Of a DNA stretch of 64,000 nt, positions 28,006 through 39,139 are shown in pieces; position 1 is the first letter of the stretch, and each line of letters starts with the position of its first letter. Source of the DNA: Cystobasidiomycetes sp. EMM_F5. Its lineage: Eukaryota. The stretch spans positions 62,001 through 126,000 of the forward strand of contig JBPGPT010000030.1 in the NCBI GenBank assembly GCA_051047955.1. The letters run 5' to 3'. A program made the translations under genes and the position numbers. The notes beneath the pieces were generated by a model. It made no database searches. It was not told the origin of the DNA and saw only the letters and a program-made list of their open reading frames with translations.

Positions 28006-30109
28006 TTAGAGTTCGTCGTGTCTATCCTTTTCGCCAGCTACGGCAGCGGGCGAGGTCGCAGCCTTAGCGGCATCAGGCTTGACTGGGTTGACGGCGTTAG
28101 TCTCGATGAATTCGAGGAAGGACTCGAGGCTTCGGTCGCCCTCGTAGTCGATGAAGGAGCTGCTACCAGCCGCCTTGAACTTGATGGTGGGGAAGCCCTG
28201 CACGCGGAAACCGGCTTCAGGCGGAATATCGTTCTCGTTGGCATCCATCTTGGCAATCATGATTTGGTCCTTGGAGTTGACAAACTTCTCGCCAAGAGTC
28301 TCCCAGATGGGAGCAAGACGCTTGCCTGATACACGTTCCGGTCGTCAGCGACCGCCATACTGGTTTTAAGAATGAAAATTGGGAACTAACAGTGACCGCA
28401 CCAAGAAGCGTAGAGCTCGATAAAGATATCACGCTTGGTCTCTTGAAGCACGACCTCGTTGAAGTTATCTGCGACGACGTTGTAGACGGGCTCATCCTGC
28501 GTCTTCGGGACCGGCTGGCTTTTAACGGAGGGTGCAATTTGACCGCTAACGAACTTGGCAACAAAATCACCGACAGTCTCGGCATTAACAGGTAGGTCCT
28601 GAGACAGTGGGAATTTCTGCTGTTCCTGGACTTTCTGAATAGCGAATGCCGGCCACTTGACCTCCTGAAGATTAAGCGATTTGGCGTGGTCGGCGAACTA
28701 TAACAAGCAGTGGATTAGCTTTCTGAACAACCTTGCATGGTGAATGTAACTCACTTTGTTGGTGTCAATCCAGACAAAGTTGACCTTGCCCTTGTGTTGA
28801 CGAGCGACAGGCTCTAGCGACTTTACAAGAGCTGGTCGCTCAGGGTCATCGGCCGAGACGAAGATGTAGGAGAGCGGGATACCAGCCTCAGCGTACAGCG
28901 CAAAGTTCTCTGGCGAAATTTCGTCGAGGAGGGGCACAGAGTGTTCGGAGACGAAGTCGGCAATGCCCTCGGATGTGAAAGATCCGGAGAAGTCGTTGCG
29001 GCCTTCGTCGAAAGTCTTGTACATGACTAGGGCGGGAGGTACAACACCAGCCTGGCTGATGGCGGTCGGATCGCTGGACAGACCGAACAGGTAGTCATTG
29101 CGGTGGCTCTCGGCATAAGCGTTGAAGATGCCACGATTGACAGAGTCCGATTCCTCAAGGTATCCGATGAGAACAATCTTGTCTGCACCCTGGAATTCGA
29201 CGTGATTTCCCGATTCAACGACAGAGACGGCAGGAAGTGCTTGTCTGTGGGCACCGACGATGAATTTCTGTTCCGCTGCCTAGTATAAGACACCACACTA
29301 AAGAGACCTACTTCTTCATATAGCTGATGATGCCATCCGCTTTGCGGGTACCACCATATTCACTTGGATCACCCTTGCGGAAAACCTTCAGTGTACTGCG
29401 GGCAATGTCCAAGTGTCAGCGAAACCTCCGCTCGGCCAAGCCGCGCTGGCTTTTGACATACGGATATCCTGTAGTAATGACACGTAAAGAGTCAGCCGAG
29501 CCGTCCAGGAAATGCAAATTTCTAAGCGTACCTTGGACACCATATGAGGCACATAGATCGGTCTCCACCGTGCAGTCGACCTTTGCGACTTTTATATCTT
29601 GATCCTTCAATGCGGTCGCTGCTTCTTCCCAATGCGGCGCAAGGGCCTATCGTGCGAAGACAGAGGTACCGTCAGCTGCAATGCGAGTCTCTTGCTATGT
29701 GATTGCTTACTTTGCAATGTCCACACCTTCGTAGGCAAGACAAACGCGTTTTCGACACAAGGTTAGCGGGTTACAAAGCAAATCGACGCGTCCAAGCGAG
29801 CTCGACGTACCAAGCTGAGATGGGTAAGGAGCAGGGAGGGGAAGGAGATTTGTTAGCACAATGTAGCAAATGCTCCAATACGAGCAGTGCCGTCTGCCAA
29901 GACGCCCCGTCCAGACGTGGCCATTGCTCGAGCACGGACGCTGGCTTGAATTGCAAGGCGGACTTACGCGCAAAGAATTCGACGAGCATGAGATCCTCCG
30001 GGGACACGGTAGTGTGAAAGTTGTCCTTGTTGAGATCCAGGACATCTGATGCAGCGGCATACCCTGCGAAGAGGGCAGTGGCCGTCGCGAGAATGGACGA
30101 TGTTCGCAT
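28006..30109 (-). CDS. PDI1: Protein disulfide isomerase
   Basis: Signal peptide MRTSSILATATALFAGYAAA, two WCGHCK sites after splicing, KVDCTVE, GFPTIKF, and C-terminal HDEL. Confidence 0.96.
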
Positions 30110-30441
30110 GATTTTGGCTTGTCTGCAGGTGCAAGTCGAGGCTTGAGTGAGGCTGAGCGCGAGCAGATCAGCTCCGACGCTGCGTTGCTGACCTTTTTGT
30201 AATAAATTGGCAAGTTGTCAAAGGGCGCACAAGTCGCGGAACTTTGCCAATTCAAGTTTGGGTCGCGTTGCCAGAAGCGGTGCCTGGCGTGCCTGACAGC
30301 TGATTGAGCATACTGCCACGTCGACAAGCAGAGAATTTTGCGGAATGAGCAACAGTCAACGAGCGAAGGAAGAGCAGACAAGCACCTCCGCAGATCTAAG
30401 TAGACCCAGAAACAACTTTACTGGCCACTAAACAGGACAAC

Positions 30442-33400
30442 CTAGCGCGACCTCCCGAAGGATACACCCCGAGCCGAGTAATTCTGCACAAAGGCAATCT
30501 CGTTCTGCCATGCCCAGTCAGCGTGTGGACGTAGATGCTCGTAATTATCGCCAGGACTCCAGTGGCTGGAGTCTAGCTTGTTCGTATTACACTGCTCAAC
30601 AAGGCATTGTCAGCTAAAACCCCCTTCTGCATGGATAAGTGACTAACAGCAGCATCGCAAGTGAAGATTAGGATGGTGCCGAAATCAATCGCCTCCTTAT
30701 CTGTGTCGTCTACCCCTATGCGCGCTAGCAGGGTTGACAGGATCTAGAGAGGCAAACTTAGGAATGACAGCACAATAGAAGCATTACTGCAAATCGTGAG
30801 ATTTTGCTTACCTGAAGCTCGCAACTTCGCCGACTGCCACATTTGCAAACGGGAATATTCGATGGCGATACCTTCTGGTCGTCCGAAACCCACAACGGCC
30901 CCGCGCGTCTCGCCACATCGCGGTAATAGTAGCGGAGAAGTTGAGCGGGCTCGTGTCGAAGACGATCTTGAAAGCGCAAAAAAGCGGAGTCGACCCCGCT
31001 GTACGAGTCGGGCTCGTATTTGTCTTCTTCCGATACATTCTCGTTGGCTAAAACTGCAGCCTTGATTCGCGCTTCCGTCTCTACCCGCACCGACACGAGT
31101 CGTCAGTTTCAGATCTGTCGAAGAAGCAAGAAGCAACTGACCGTCTGTGCCCGTCTTGTCATCCTCGTACCATTCTTCCGGGGCCGTCTCGATCAGCCAC
31201 TCTTGCCAGGGTCTACTCGAACAAGGCGGATCGTGCGAAATTTTGCAGTCCTGGCAGAGTCGGCGATCTAGACAAGGAGCGTTATTTATTACGGCGATAG
31301 TATGATATCCACGAGCAGCTTACATTGCGCGTCTTTATATCTTTGTAAATCAGCTTGCTCTTCGGCAGAATCGAGTTCATAGTATGGATTAGACTCGGGC
31401 AGCTGAACGCGGAGGACTTTGACTCTGACGAAAGCGTCAGATCACTGTAGAGAACGTGACTGTCGCATAAACGTACCCGCATGCGAAGCCCATCCGCACA
31501 CACGATCCCTTCCTGCAAGCATACACGTAGAACGCCCGGTATGTCGCCGAGGGGTTATCGTCCAGAGGTGCATTAACTTGAAGCATGAACTGCATTGGTG
31601 TCTGACATGTTTCGCAAATTATCATATCCAGCTCCAAAGGCAGAGCTGGGTTAAGCCATGTCTATTAGGCAGATGCGACGGAGAAATAAGCTTGTGCAGG
31701 TACCTTTCACATAATTTAGCGGCTTACAGGCTTGCCTCCAATCTTGCCAACATCCTTAACCACCTTGAATGACTTTTTAAGTTTGGCAGCGAAGCCCAAT
31801 TCTGTCGTCTCCTCTGGTTCGCTAGCCTCACCACCTTCGTCATCGTCGTCGTCGTCGTTTTCGAAATCGCCAATCTTCATGCGAGAAGTACTGGCTATCG
31901 AGCCCGTCTCTGAAGCCGCACTGCCTCTTCGCTGTCGGCCCGCTGCGCGCCCAGCGACGAGAGCATCCGAGCTCCCGCCTGACAGACGTAGTGGCTCGGT
32001 CGAGTCGGAGATTACAAGATCATCGGTGGCCGCTATCATCTTTACGTCACTTTCGTTGATGGCCTTTGTCTCGACCTCCGTCGTGATCGAGGGTTCAATA
32101 AACCAGTCTTTGGTCAGCTCGGCTGGGAGCTCGTTGCGAAAGTCGACATTATCTCGCTCTACCGCTCGCTGCAACGGTATCGTGATGTTAGTCTCTGAAC
32201 GCAACAGTATAGCTTACGATGACGGCTTACCATCATCAGCTGTACGCCATTGCCGGTCTGAGATCCGATTGACATAGCAGCGTCAAGGGCTGAAGCTAGA
32301 ACATATGACTGCTGTATTGGGCCTCCTCCAGTCAGGTGTAGACCGGTCGTATCGTTCAAGACGGTGTCGAAGGGGACCTGAGTGTTTATCAGTATACAGT
32401 ATACGTGATTATCACGATGCATGATAGGGCTGAACTGCCTACCTCCTCTACCCCAGTATCCGACATCTTCCACCATTTCTTGGCTTCAACGTTTACTCCG
32501 TCCAGATCCACCGCAGAAGAGCCAGACTGTACGTACGAGTAGACTGTTCCCCTACCGAAGAAGCCAGACCACATAATCGAGGTAGACAAGACGTATGGTC
32601 CGTACTTCTGCTCGTGTTTAGGCCACTGCACACGGTTGTTTTGTGTAACAGCTCGCTTGGATTCGTCAATCCCTGTATATATCCTCGCTTAATCACTCAT
32701 TAAGGCTCTTCGCCGAAACGTCGTACACTCACAGGCGATTTCAGTCCCCACAGCCTGTATTGTAGCGGTCAGCTGCTTTACCAACTCAAGCAGTGCAGCC
32801 TGCTTGGATGGGTCCGTCTCCGCATCGGCTGCTCGTTGTAGATGCTTTGTCGCCTGATTCAGAACACCATTACCTTTCTGCTCTGGAGGTACATGGACAT
32901 CTGTCGCAGGGAATGAAGCGGTCTGGGCATCATTCGGACTGATTATAGCGCGCCCTGTCGCTTTGTGTGTCACGAGCTGTTCGCGAGCTGCATCGAGTCC
33001 GCGTGTCTGAGCTTGCGCAGCTTGGCCTTGTTGGCGAAATTGTAAGACTTCCGCACGATTACACCACGCATACCGATCCAAGTATATCTCTGGCCGTATT
33101 TCGTATTGTGGTAACTTTGTTGGATCGCCGTACCCACTCTGACTATTTGGGTGCCGCATGGCCTGCACAAACAACGCATCTCCCGCTTGAAAGACAAACG
33201 CAGGGGCGCCGGCATTGGCAAGCAGTGTATCCAGTGCAGCATATGTGTCGTTTGTCTCTCCGACATGGACGTTGACTTCGGCAGCGTTGAGCCATGTAGA
33301 ATCTGCTGGTTCTACAGTTAAGAGTCCAGCGTTCCCGGTCTCTAGGTATTGACGAGCAATACTGTCGTTCAGTGTACATCCCACAGTGTAGACGATCAAG

Positions 33401-34757
33401 CGTTTCTGATCCACCCAAGCTTCAGCTTCGGCCTGCGTCATCGCCTGCGAATTGACCATATTGACAGCTCTTTCCTCGTGCCATTTCGACCAAGCTTCGC
33501 ATATCTTTTCGTGCAATGCTGTGATTGGCGAGGTCAGATCGACGTGAGGCAGCTTGCCTTGAGGCAAGGCTCAGACAACTCACACTTGATTTCAGTCAGC
33601 GCATGCCTCGGGGGATAGTCCGGTTTACGAATGTCGAAAGCATCCATAATGTCGCCGATACCGATCTTTGCTCGTCTCGTGTGCAACAGAAACACAAACA
33701 GTCTCTGGAGAGCTGCTAGTCGAAGGGTGGCAACGTTGCCTGAACCTGTAGCGAGATCGCGTGTGAAGGCGTCCAGCTCGGGAATCTCACCTGCATACTC
33801 GTTGTACGAGAAACTATCGCGCCATTCGATTTCGAGGGCAAGAACTGCATTGCGAAAGGGTATGTTGTAGAAGAAAGACGCCAACACTGGCCCTATAAAT
33901 GCCAGGTACCCGCTCGGAGGGACAATCATCACTGGGACATCTGCAGATGTTCGCATGCGGGACGCCGAGTGCGAGTCCTCCAGAACTAGTGAGGCAACGG
34001 AGTTGGCACCTTGAGTCTCAAGCTCGGCCATACTGGCGCTCATCGCCGCAGCCATGTCGGCATCTTCCTGCAACTGTCGTGATCTGCTGGGTCCGCGACT
34101 CATGCTGGTTGCAGTGGCAGCATTCTGGATCAGAGGAGTGGGCTGGAAGGGCGGAGCATGATCTTCGAGTGACAAGCGTATTGCTCGCTGGATTTCGTCC
34201 TCTTCGGAGCTAGCGGCAGCGTCGAGCAGGCCTTTCATTCCAGACACATTGTCGCCAGCAGTCAGGTCGATGGGATTATTGGCAGAGTTGACTGCAGCAT
34301 GATCTACCGGAGAACATCGCCCAGCTTTGTTACTGAGGCCATCGATAGACTCATCCATCGCATCTTCTGCTGCCCCTCGAGCTGCTACCTCTCTGAGTGC
34401 GGCTTCTGCATCATGGCCTGCCCACTGCTGCTGGCGTAGAGTCTCCGCTTGAAGTGCTGCTAGACTGCTTACAGCCTCCCATTCCGGATTGGATTTTTGC
34501 CCTTCGTTGGGAGTAGCGAGCTCGGGTGACCACCTTGACGATGTGTTCGCAGCTGCAGGCTTATACGGAACGACGGCTCTTGCCGAGTTGTCGACGGACG
34601 CGACATTAGCAACTCTGTCAGGGTTGTAGTCTGGACAGCCATTCAGTATCCAGTCGACGGCAGTCTCCACTTGCAGCTTGTCGCCAAAATGACGCTGGGC
34701 TTTCAGTACGGCTTCACGGTCGAAGCCAAACTCGTAGAGGGAATTTATGGCCGACAT
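30442..34757 (-). CDS. Fusion ORF: UBA + 2 UIM + inactive USP25/28-like domain, LRLSGG linker, then PDCD2/Tsr4-family domain
   Basis: UBA (LYEFGFDREAVLKAQRHFGDKLQVETAVDWIL); UIMs (EEDEIQRAIRLSLE, EDADMAAAMSASMAE); degenerate USP boxes, IYLDRY, VERDNVDFRNEL. The same frame runs without a stop into ELGFA..KIGGKPTWLNP..CETCQTPMQFMLQVNAPLD..LRFQDRLRHEPAQLLRY..IPVCKCGSRRSCELQ..IDFGTILIFTC. Confidence in each half is higher than confidence that they form one gene. Confidence 0.75.
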
Positions 34758-34927
34758 GGATGCGGCCGCTGAATTCTTGCGCAGCGTCAGCCTTTCCTCA
34801 GTATGCCCAACATGGTTTGCAGATCCAATTGGCTGCCATCCGAAGTGCTCAAACGTCAAATGACGCTGAAAGGGCAACACCTTCAAGTTGACTTTAAACT
34901 GCAAACCCGACGCTGAGCCAGCATGCG

Positions 34928-36511
34928 ATGACTACGACCCGCACGCTGAATGCGCTTCCAACAGTCGTCAATTGGTCGCCGTCGGCTTCAGTCTCAGCAG
35001 CCGCCTTTGTGCTGCCAAGCAAGCAATTCAACGCGGCCGCCCATGTAACGCTCAACATCTGCAACAGCCCAGAGGGCTACAACCAGTCGCAGACGACACT
35101 CGTAACCGCTTCCACGAATGCTTCCATCTACTATCCGTCGTCGGAAACATGGGGCGGCTTTGCGAATCTTTCGGTGCCGGCCGTAAGTGATGGCAGCGAT
35201 TTGACAATCCTGGTCAGTCCCCCATCTGCCAGTACGAGCACTCTGTGGAGTTTTGAACTCGGGGTGTCCCTCCAAGCCACCGCTTGGCATACTCTCGACA
35301 AGTTTGCCCTGTACGCGTACGAGGACAGCGACAATACTTCCGCCTTGTTGACTTCACCGACATATCCATCAGCGTTGCTGTCAAGTCCACCAGCATACCA
35401 AGCTCTGATTGCTCAGACCTCCCAAGTTCGGCTGGGACTCGCTAATTCTACATGCTACATACGCTCTCTATCCAGCCTAATCCCATCCAACCAGATAAAC
35501 ACCTCGACCACAACTAGGGGGGTCGTCGAGCTCACCGAGGCTGAAGGAGGTTACGTCAACGAAACCCTCAGAGGAGGGCAGCGGATGCAATACTCCGTTG
35601 ACGGACTCCAACCTGGAACAAACTACACCGTTTGGGGATTGCAGAATACGCCTAGTATGTCGACGGGGAACAGCACAGCTTCGCGGCTGTTTCTGCCTCA
35701 GTTCTTTGCGACCAAATCTGCCAGCAATTGCAGGCTAGTCTACGACCTTCCCTTCTGCCCTGATGTCGCATACAGCGTGCCAGCTCCGCCAACCATGGAC
35801 ACTTCTCTACTCTTGTCTCTTTACGATAATGCTACTTCGGCCTCTCTTCAGGCGTTCAACCAGACACTCTCGCTATTCTCGTGCGACGAGCCAATACGTT
35901 CGACGCAGGGCATGTATTCGCGCGTCAGAACATGCTCGCAATGCATGGCAGCATATACATCGTGGCTGTGTGCCGTGTCTATGCCTAGGTGTACGGATAG
36001 CGACGCCACCCAAAAGCAAAACGCTAGCCGCAACATCGGCAGTAACCCCACTCAGTTTCTACGAAAGACTGCCAACAATTCTCGAACGCCCTTTCTTCCC
36101 TCGTCTGCATTTCCTTATGCTGAAGTGCCGCCGTGTATCGATGTTTGCAGTATGGTACGCGCTTCATGCCCTCCCATCATCAGTACGCCGTTCAACTGCC
36201 CGCTGGCGGGCATTACTCTAGAAGAAAGCTACGCCACGCCGTTTCGTCAGCAGATTGCATTCTCGAATGTCGCTGGAGGAGATGACACGGCTTGGCTCGG
36301 ACACGACTTGAATCATCACGATTTTGTCACGAGAGCCAGAGATAGATTTGGCAACGTTGCGTGTAATGACCTGGGCACCATCAATCTGGTGACTCGTAGA
36401 CGATGGTCTGGCTCCTCTTCACCTACATCTGGCGCCTTTAGACGATCAGCGTCTAAGATGTCGTTCGTTGCGCTGCTGCTCGCCGGAACAGTCACCGCCG
36501 TCGTTCTTTGA
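34928..36511 (+). CDS. MID1: Stretch-activated Ca2+ channel component Mid1
   Basis: Cys-rich C-terminus CRLVYDLPFCPDVAYSVPAP, YSRVRTCSQCMAAYTSWLCAVSMPRC, PYAEVPPCIDVCSMVRASCP; many N-glycosylation sequons; intronless 527 aa. Confidence 0.88.
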   Translation: MTTTRTLNALPTVVNWSPSASVSAAAFVLPSKQFNAAAHVTLNICNSPEGYNQSQTTLVTASTNASIYYPSSETWGGFANLSVPAVSDGSDLTILVSPPSASTSTLWSFELGVSLQATAWHTLDKFALYAYEDSDNTSALLTSPTYPSALLSSPPAYQALIAQTSQVRLGLANSTCYIRSLSSLIPSNQINTSTTTRGVVELTEAEGGYVNETLRGGQRMQYSVDGLQPGTNYTVWGLQNTPSMSTGNSTASRLFLPQFFATKSASNCRLVYDLPFCPDVAYSVPAPPTMDTSLLLSLYDNATSASLQAFNQTLSLFSCDEPIRSTQGMYSRVRTCSQCMAAYTSWLCAVSMPRCTDSDATQKQNASRNIGSNPTQFLRKTANNSRTPFLPSSAFPYAEVPPCIDVCSMVRASCPPIISTPFNCPLAGITLEESYATPFRQQIAFSNVAGGDDTAWLGHDLNHHDFVTRARDRFGNVACNDLGTINLVTRRRWSGSSSPTSGAFRRSASKMSFVALLLAGTVTAVVL

Positions 36512-36676
36512 TGGCCCAGCGTAATGACCTTCTGCGTAGAATTCCACCACCATAGCATATGTATCATAGCAGCACCAGAGGATATGCATTGAAGATTAAA
36601 CAATAAGCTGCGGAGATGCTTGAATGATCGTTGCTGGTCTACGCCTTATCTTTGACTCCGGCCTATCGCCATCCTA

Positions 36677-37325
36677 ATGTCGCTGCCTAGCCTGCAAGAA
36701 GCGTGCTCGTCCAAAGCTGCACTGGACCAAGCCCTATCTACGCTGCTCGAGCCGTCAACGACGCTCAAAGAGCATCTCGTGCCAGCCTTATCATCAACAA
36801 TCAGCTCGCACAGCCCAGCAAGCTACAGCGTACTCGTAGACCTCTGCGAGCGAGAGATATCGACGTGGAGCATAGACGAAAAAGCAGACTTTCTGGGAGG
36901 GCACCCGCGTATAGGCGAGGTCAAGAACTTATCTGCGCTGAGCAGCAAAGAACAGAGTAATGCGCAGGCTACGCCGCCAGAGGTGCTGGCGAAGTTGCAG
37001 GTGAGCTGCTTATGAGAATCCGCGCTGACAACGATGTGCGAGACCTGATGAGCATTGGCAGTCTCTAAACTCGCTATACGAACTTCGCTATCCTAAACTG
37101 AAATACGTAACGTTTGTCGCCGGGAGAAGCAGAGCACAAGTCGCGAGTGACCTAGACGATTTCCTTATGCACAGCCCAGGAGAAAAGGACAGCGAGGGTG
37201 CAAGCGATAGTGTCACCAAGACCTTCCCCGTAGGCAGTCCAGAATGGATGGCCGAGCTGGAGCGCGGGACAAGGGATGTCTTCAGGATAGCAAAGGCTCG
37301 CTTGGCCGGCCTGAAGCTCGAGTAA
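36677..37325 (+). CDS. OHCU decarboxylase family protein (urate degradation)
   Basis: LLEPS, FLGGHPRIGE, LSSKEQ, LNSLYELRYPKLKYVTFVAGRSR, WMAELERGTRDVFRIAKARL; one intron about 37001-37061. Confidence 0.85.
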
Positions 37326-37689
37326 CGTGTTCGCCATGGCGGTGTCAGAGCCGGTTCTATAACCGACAGAAAAGGCCATGTCAGCAAATCCACTCTTGGT
37401 TCGGCCTAGGCACTCGTGCTGTTGTGGATGGAAGAGCGCATCAGGCAAGCTTCTCGGCACTTTGTATAGACAAAGACGTTCCGGAGCTGCAGCCCAGGTT
37501 TATCTGTCATCGATGAGGCGCGAGCTACGATATCACAAGATTCGCAACTGCCCTCGCTCAAAGAACAAGGATGACGGTTGGGAATTTCATCAGTAGACAA
37601 GGAAGACAGGGTCAACAGTGAGAAATGCGTAGAAAAGGCACACCTTTGTATACTGTACTTGCTTGCTTGCCTGGAGCCGGACCTCTGGT

Positions 37690-38912
37690 TTATCGTAGTT
37701 GCCGTAAAACATATCTGGGAATGACAGCACAGTCAGATGCAATGCGAGCGAGTACCAAGTTTTTCTCATACTCTGGCATCCTGAATCCAAAGGAATAGTT
37801 TGGCATATCGACAACTTGCAGAGCCTGCAGATCTCCCACAGCCGAGCATAGCATTATAGCCTCCTCCTTGCTGATGTTGGCCTGCGATGTACCCATGATG
37901 TACTCGACCATGTGCCAGACTGCCATCTGCGACGCCGTCAGGAAATTGTCGTCGATGCCCATGGTCGTGTAGAATCCGTCACGCTCAACCTCGGGAATCG
38001 TCAAGGTAGGCGGACATCTGTACTGAGGCTGACGGACAGGTGCTGACAGCGGCGCAGCTGGAAGCAGAGTTATGCGACTCTTGACCTTGACGCTGGTCTC
38101 GATGGCCGTGCCGCCGACCTCGCCGTCCCCTTGCAAAGCATGGCCGTCTCCTAGCGACAGCAAAGCGCCATCGACTTCGACCGGCAGGATGAGACTGGCG
38201 CCTTGAGTGATGTACTTCGTGTCAATGTTGCCGCCTGTTGAATACGGCGGAACTCGATGCAGTGATTGAGTCGCAGGTCAGGCTTGGTACTTGCTACTGT
38301 GATACTTAGAAGTACTTACTGGACGAATGAGAGCCCGGAAGAGCCCTGGCTACACCGATTTCCCCGCAGAAGGGCCTGGTGGGTATTGTCACGGTCTTTC
38401 CTGCAAGATGCGTTGTTGCGTATCCATCCTGTAAGTGCCACAAGAGCAATCCCTGGCAATCCTTCAGCTCCTTGTTCGCAAGCAGACCGAAGCCTGGGAA
38501 TATGGCAGACCAGCCGTAGTCAGCGGTCTCGATGGAAAGGATATCGATTTGCAGCTGTTGAAAGTCACAGTGAGCCGGACTGGGAAGCGAAGCAAGACGC
38601 CAGCAGAAAGACTCACTGCATCTCCAGGACGCGCATCTTGCACATATATTGGTCCAAACAGCGGGTTCATCGTACTGAGATCGAAAGTCTTGAAGTCGTC
38701 GACTTTCGTCACCGGAGTGATCTGGCCATTGCTCGCATCTAGACAGTCGAGAGTGACCTCGCTGCCACTAACAATTTTTGCTACCGGTTCGAGCGAGTTG
38801 TCCCAGGCAGCATGGGTATGTCTTCGCTGTAAACTGAGAGATTGGCTTTCGGCTCACGCAGACACCTTCTTCGGATGACGAGGGAGCGTACGTGAATTGA
38901 GCAGGAAGACAT
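37690..38912 (-). CDS. Acetamidase/formamidase family protein
   Basis: HAAWDNSLEP, DASNGQI, NPLFGPIYVQDARPGD, PPYSTGGNIDTKY, LSLGDGHALQGDGEVGGTAIET, MLCSAVGDL, VVDMPN. Confidence 0.92.
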
Positions 38913-39139
38913 GGCTGGTTGACGGGGCCCGCAGAGGTGCAGCCTGTGCAGCTCTGTCTGATACACCACACAGCAGACTGAGGAAAGCTACTTACGCGAC
39001 ATCATCCTCCCGGCTTCTCGTCGTCCGAACCGTGATCGAACGTCTAGGGGCAAGGCCGTTGCAACGATACTCGACAGGCCTGTCGGGGTGTCTAGCATGT
39101 AAAGCCCAACAAGAAACTTCTCCTCTTGACATCACAAAC

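Noticed and set aside
37564..37576. ACAAGGATGAC resembles part of U6 snRNA
   Set aside because: No ACAGAGA box or other U6 context, so most likely a chance match.
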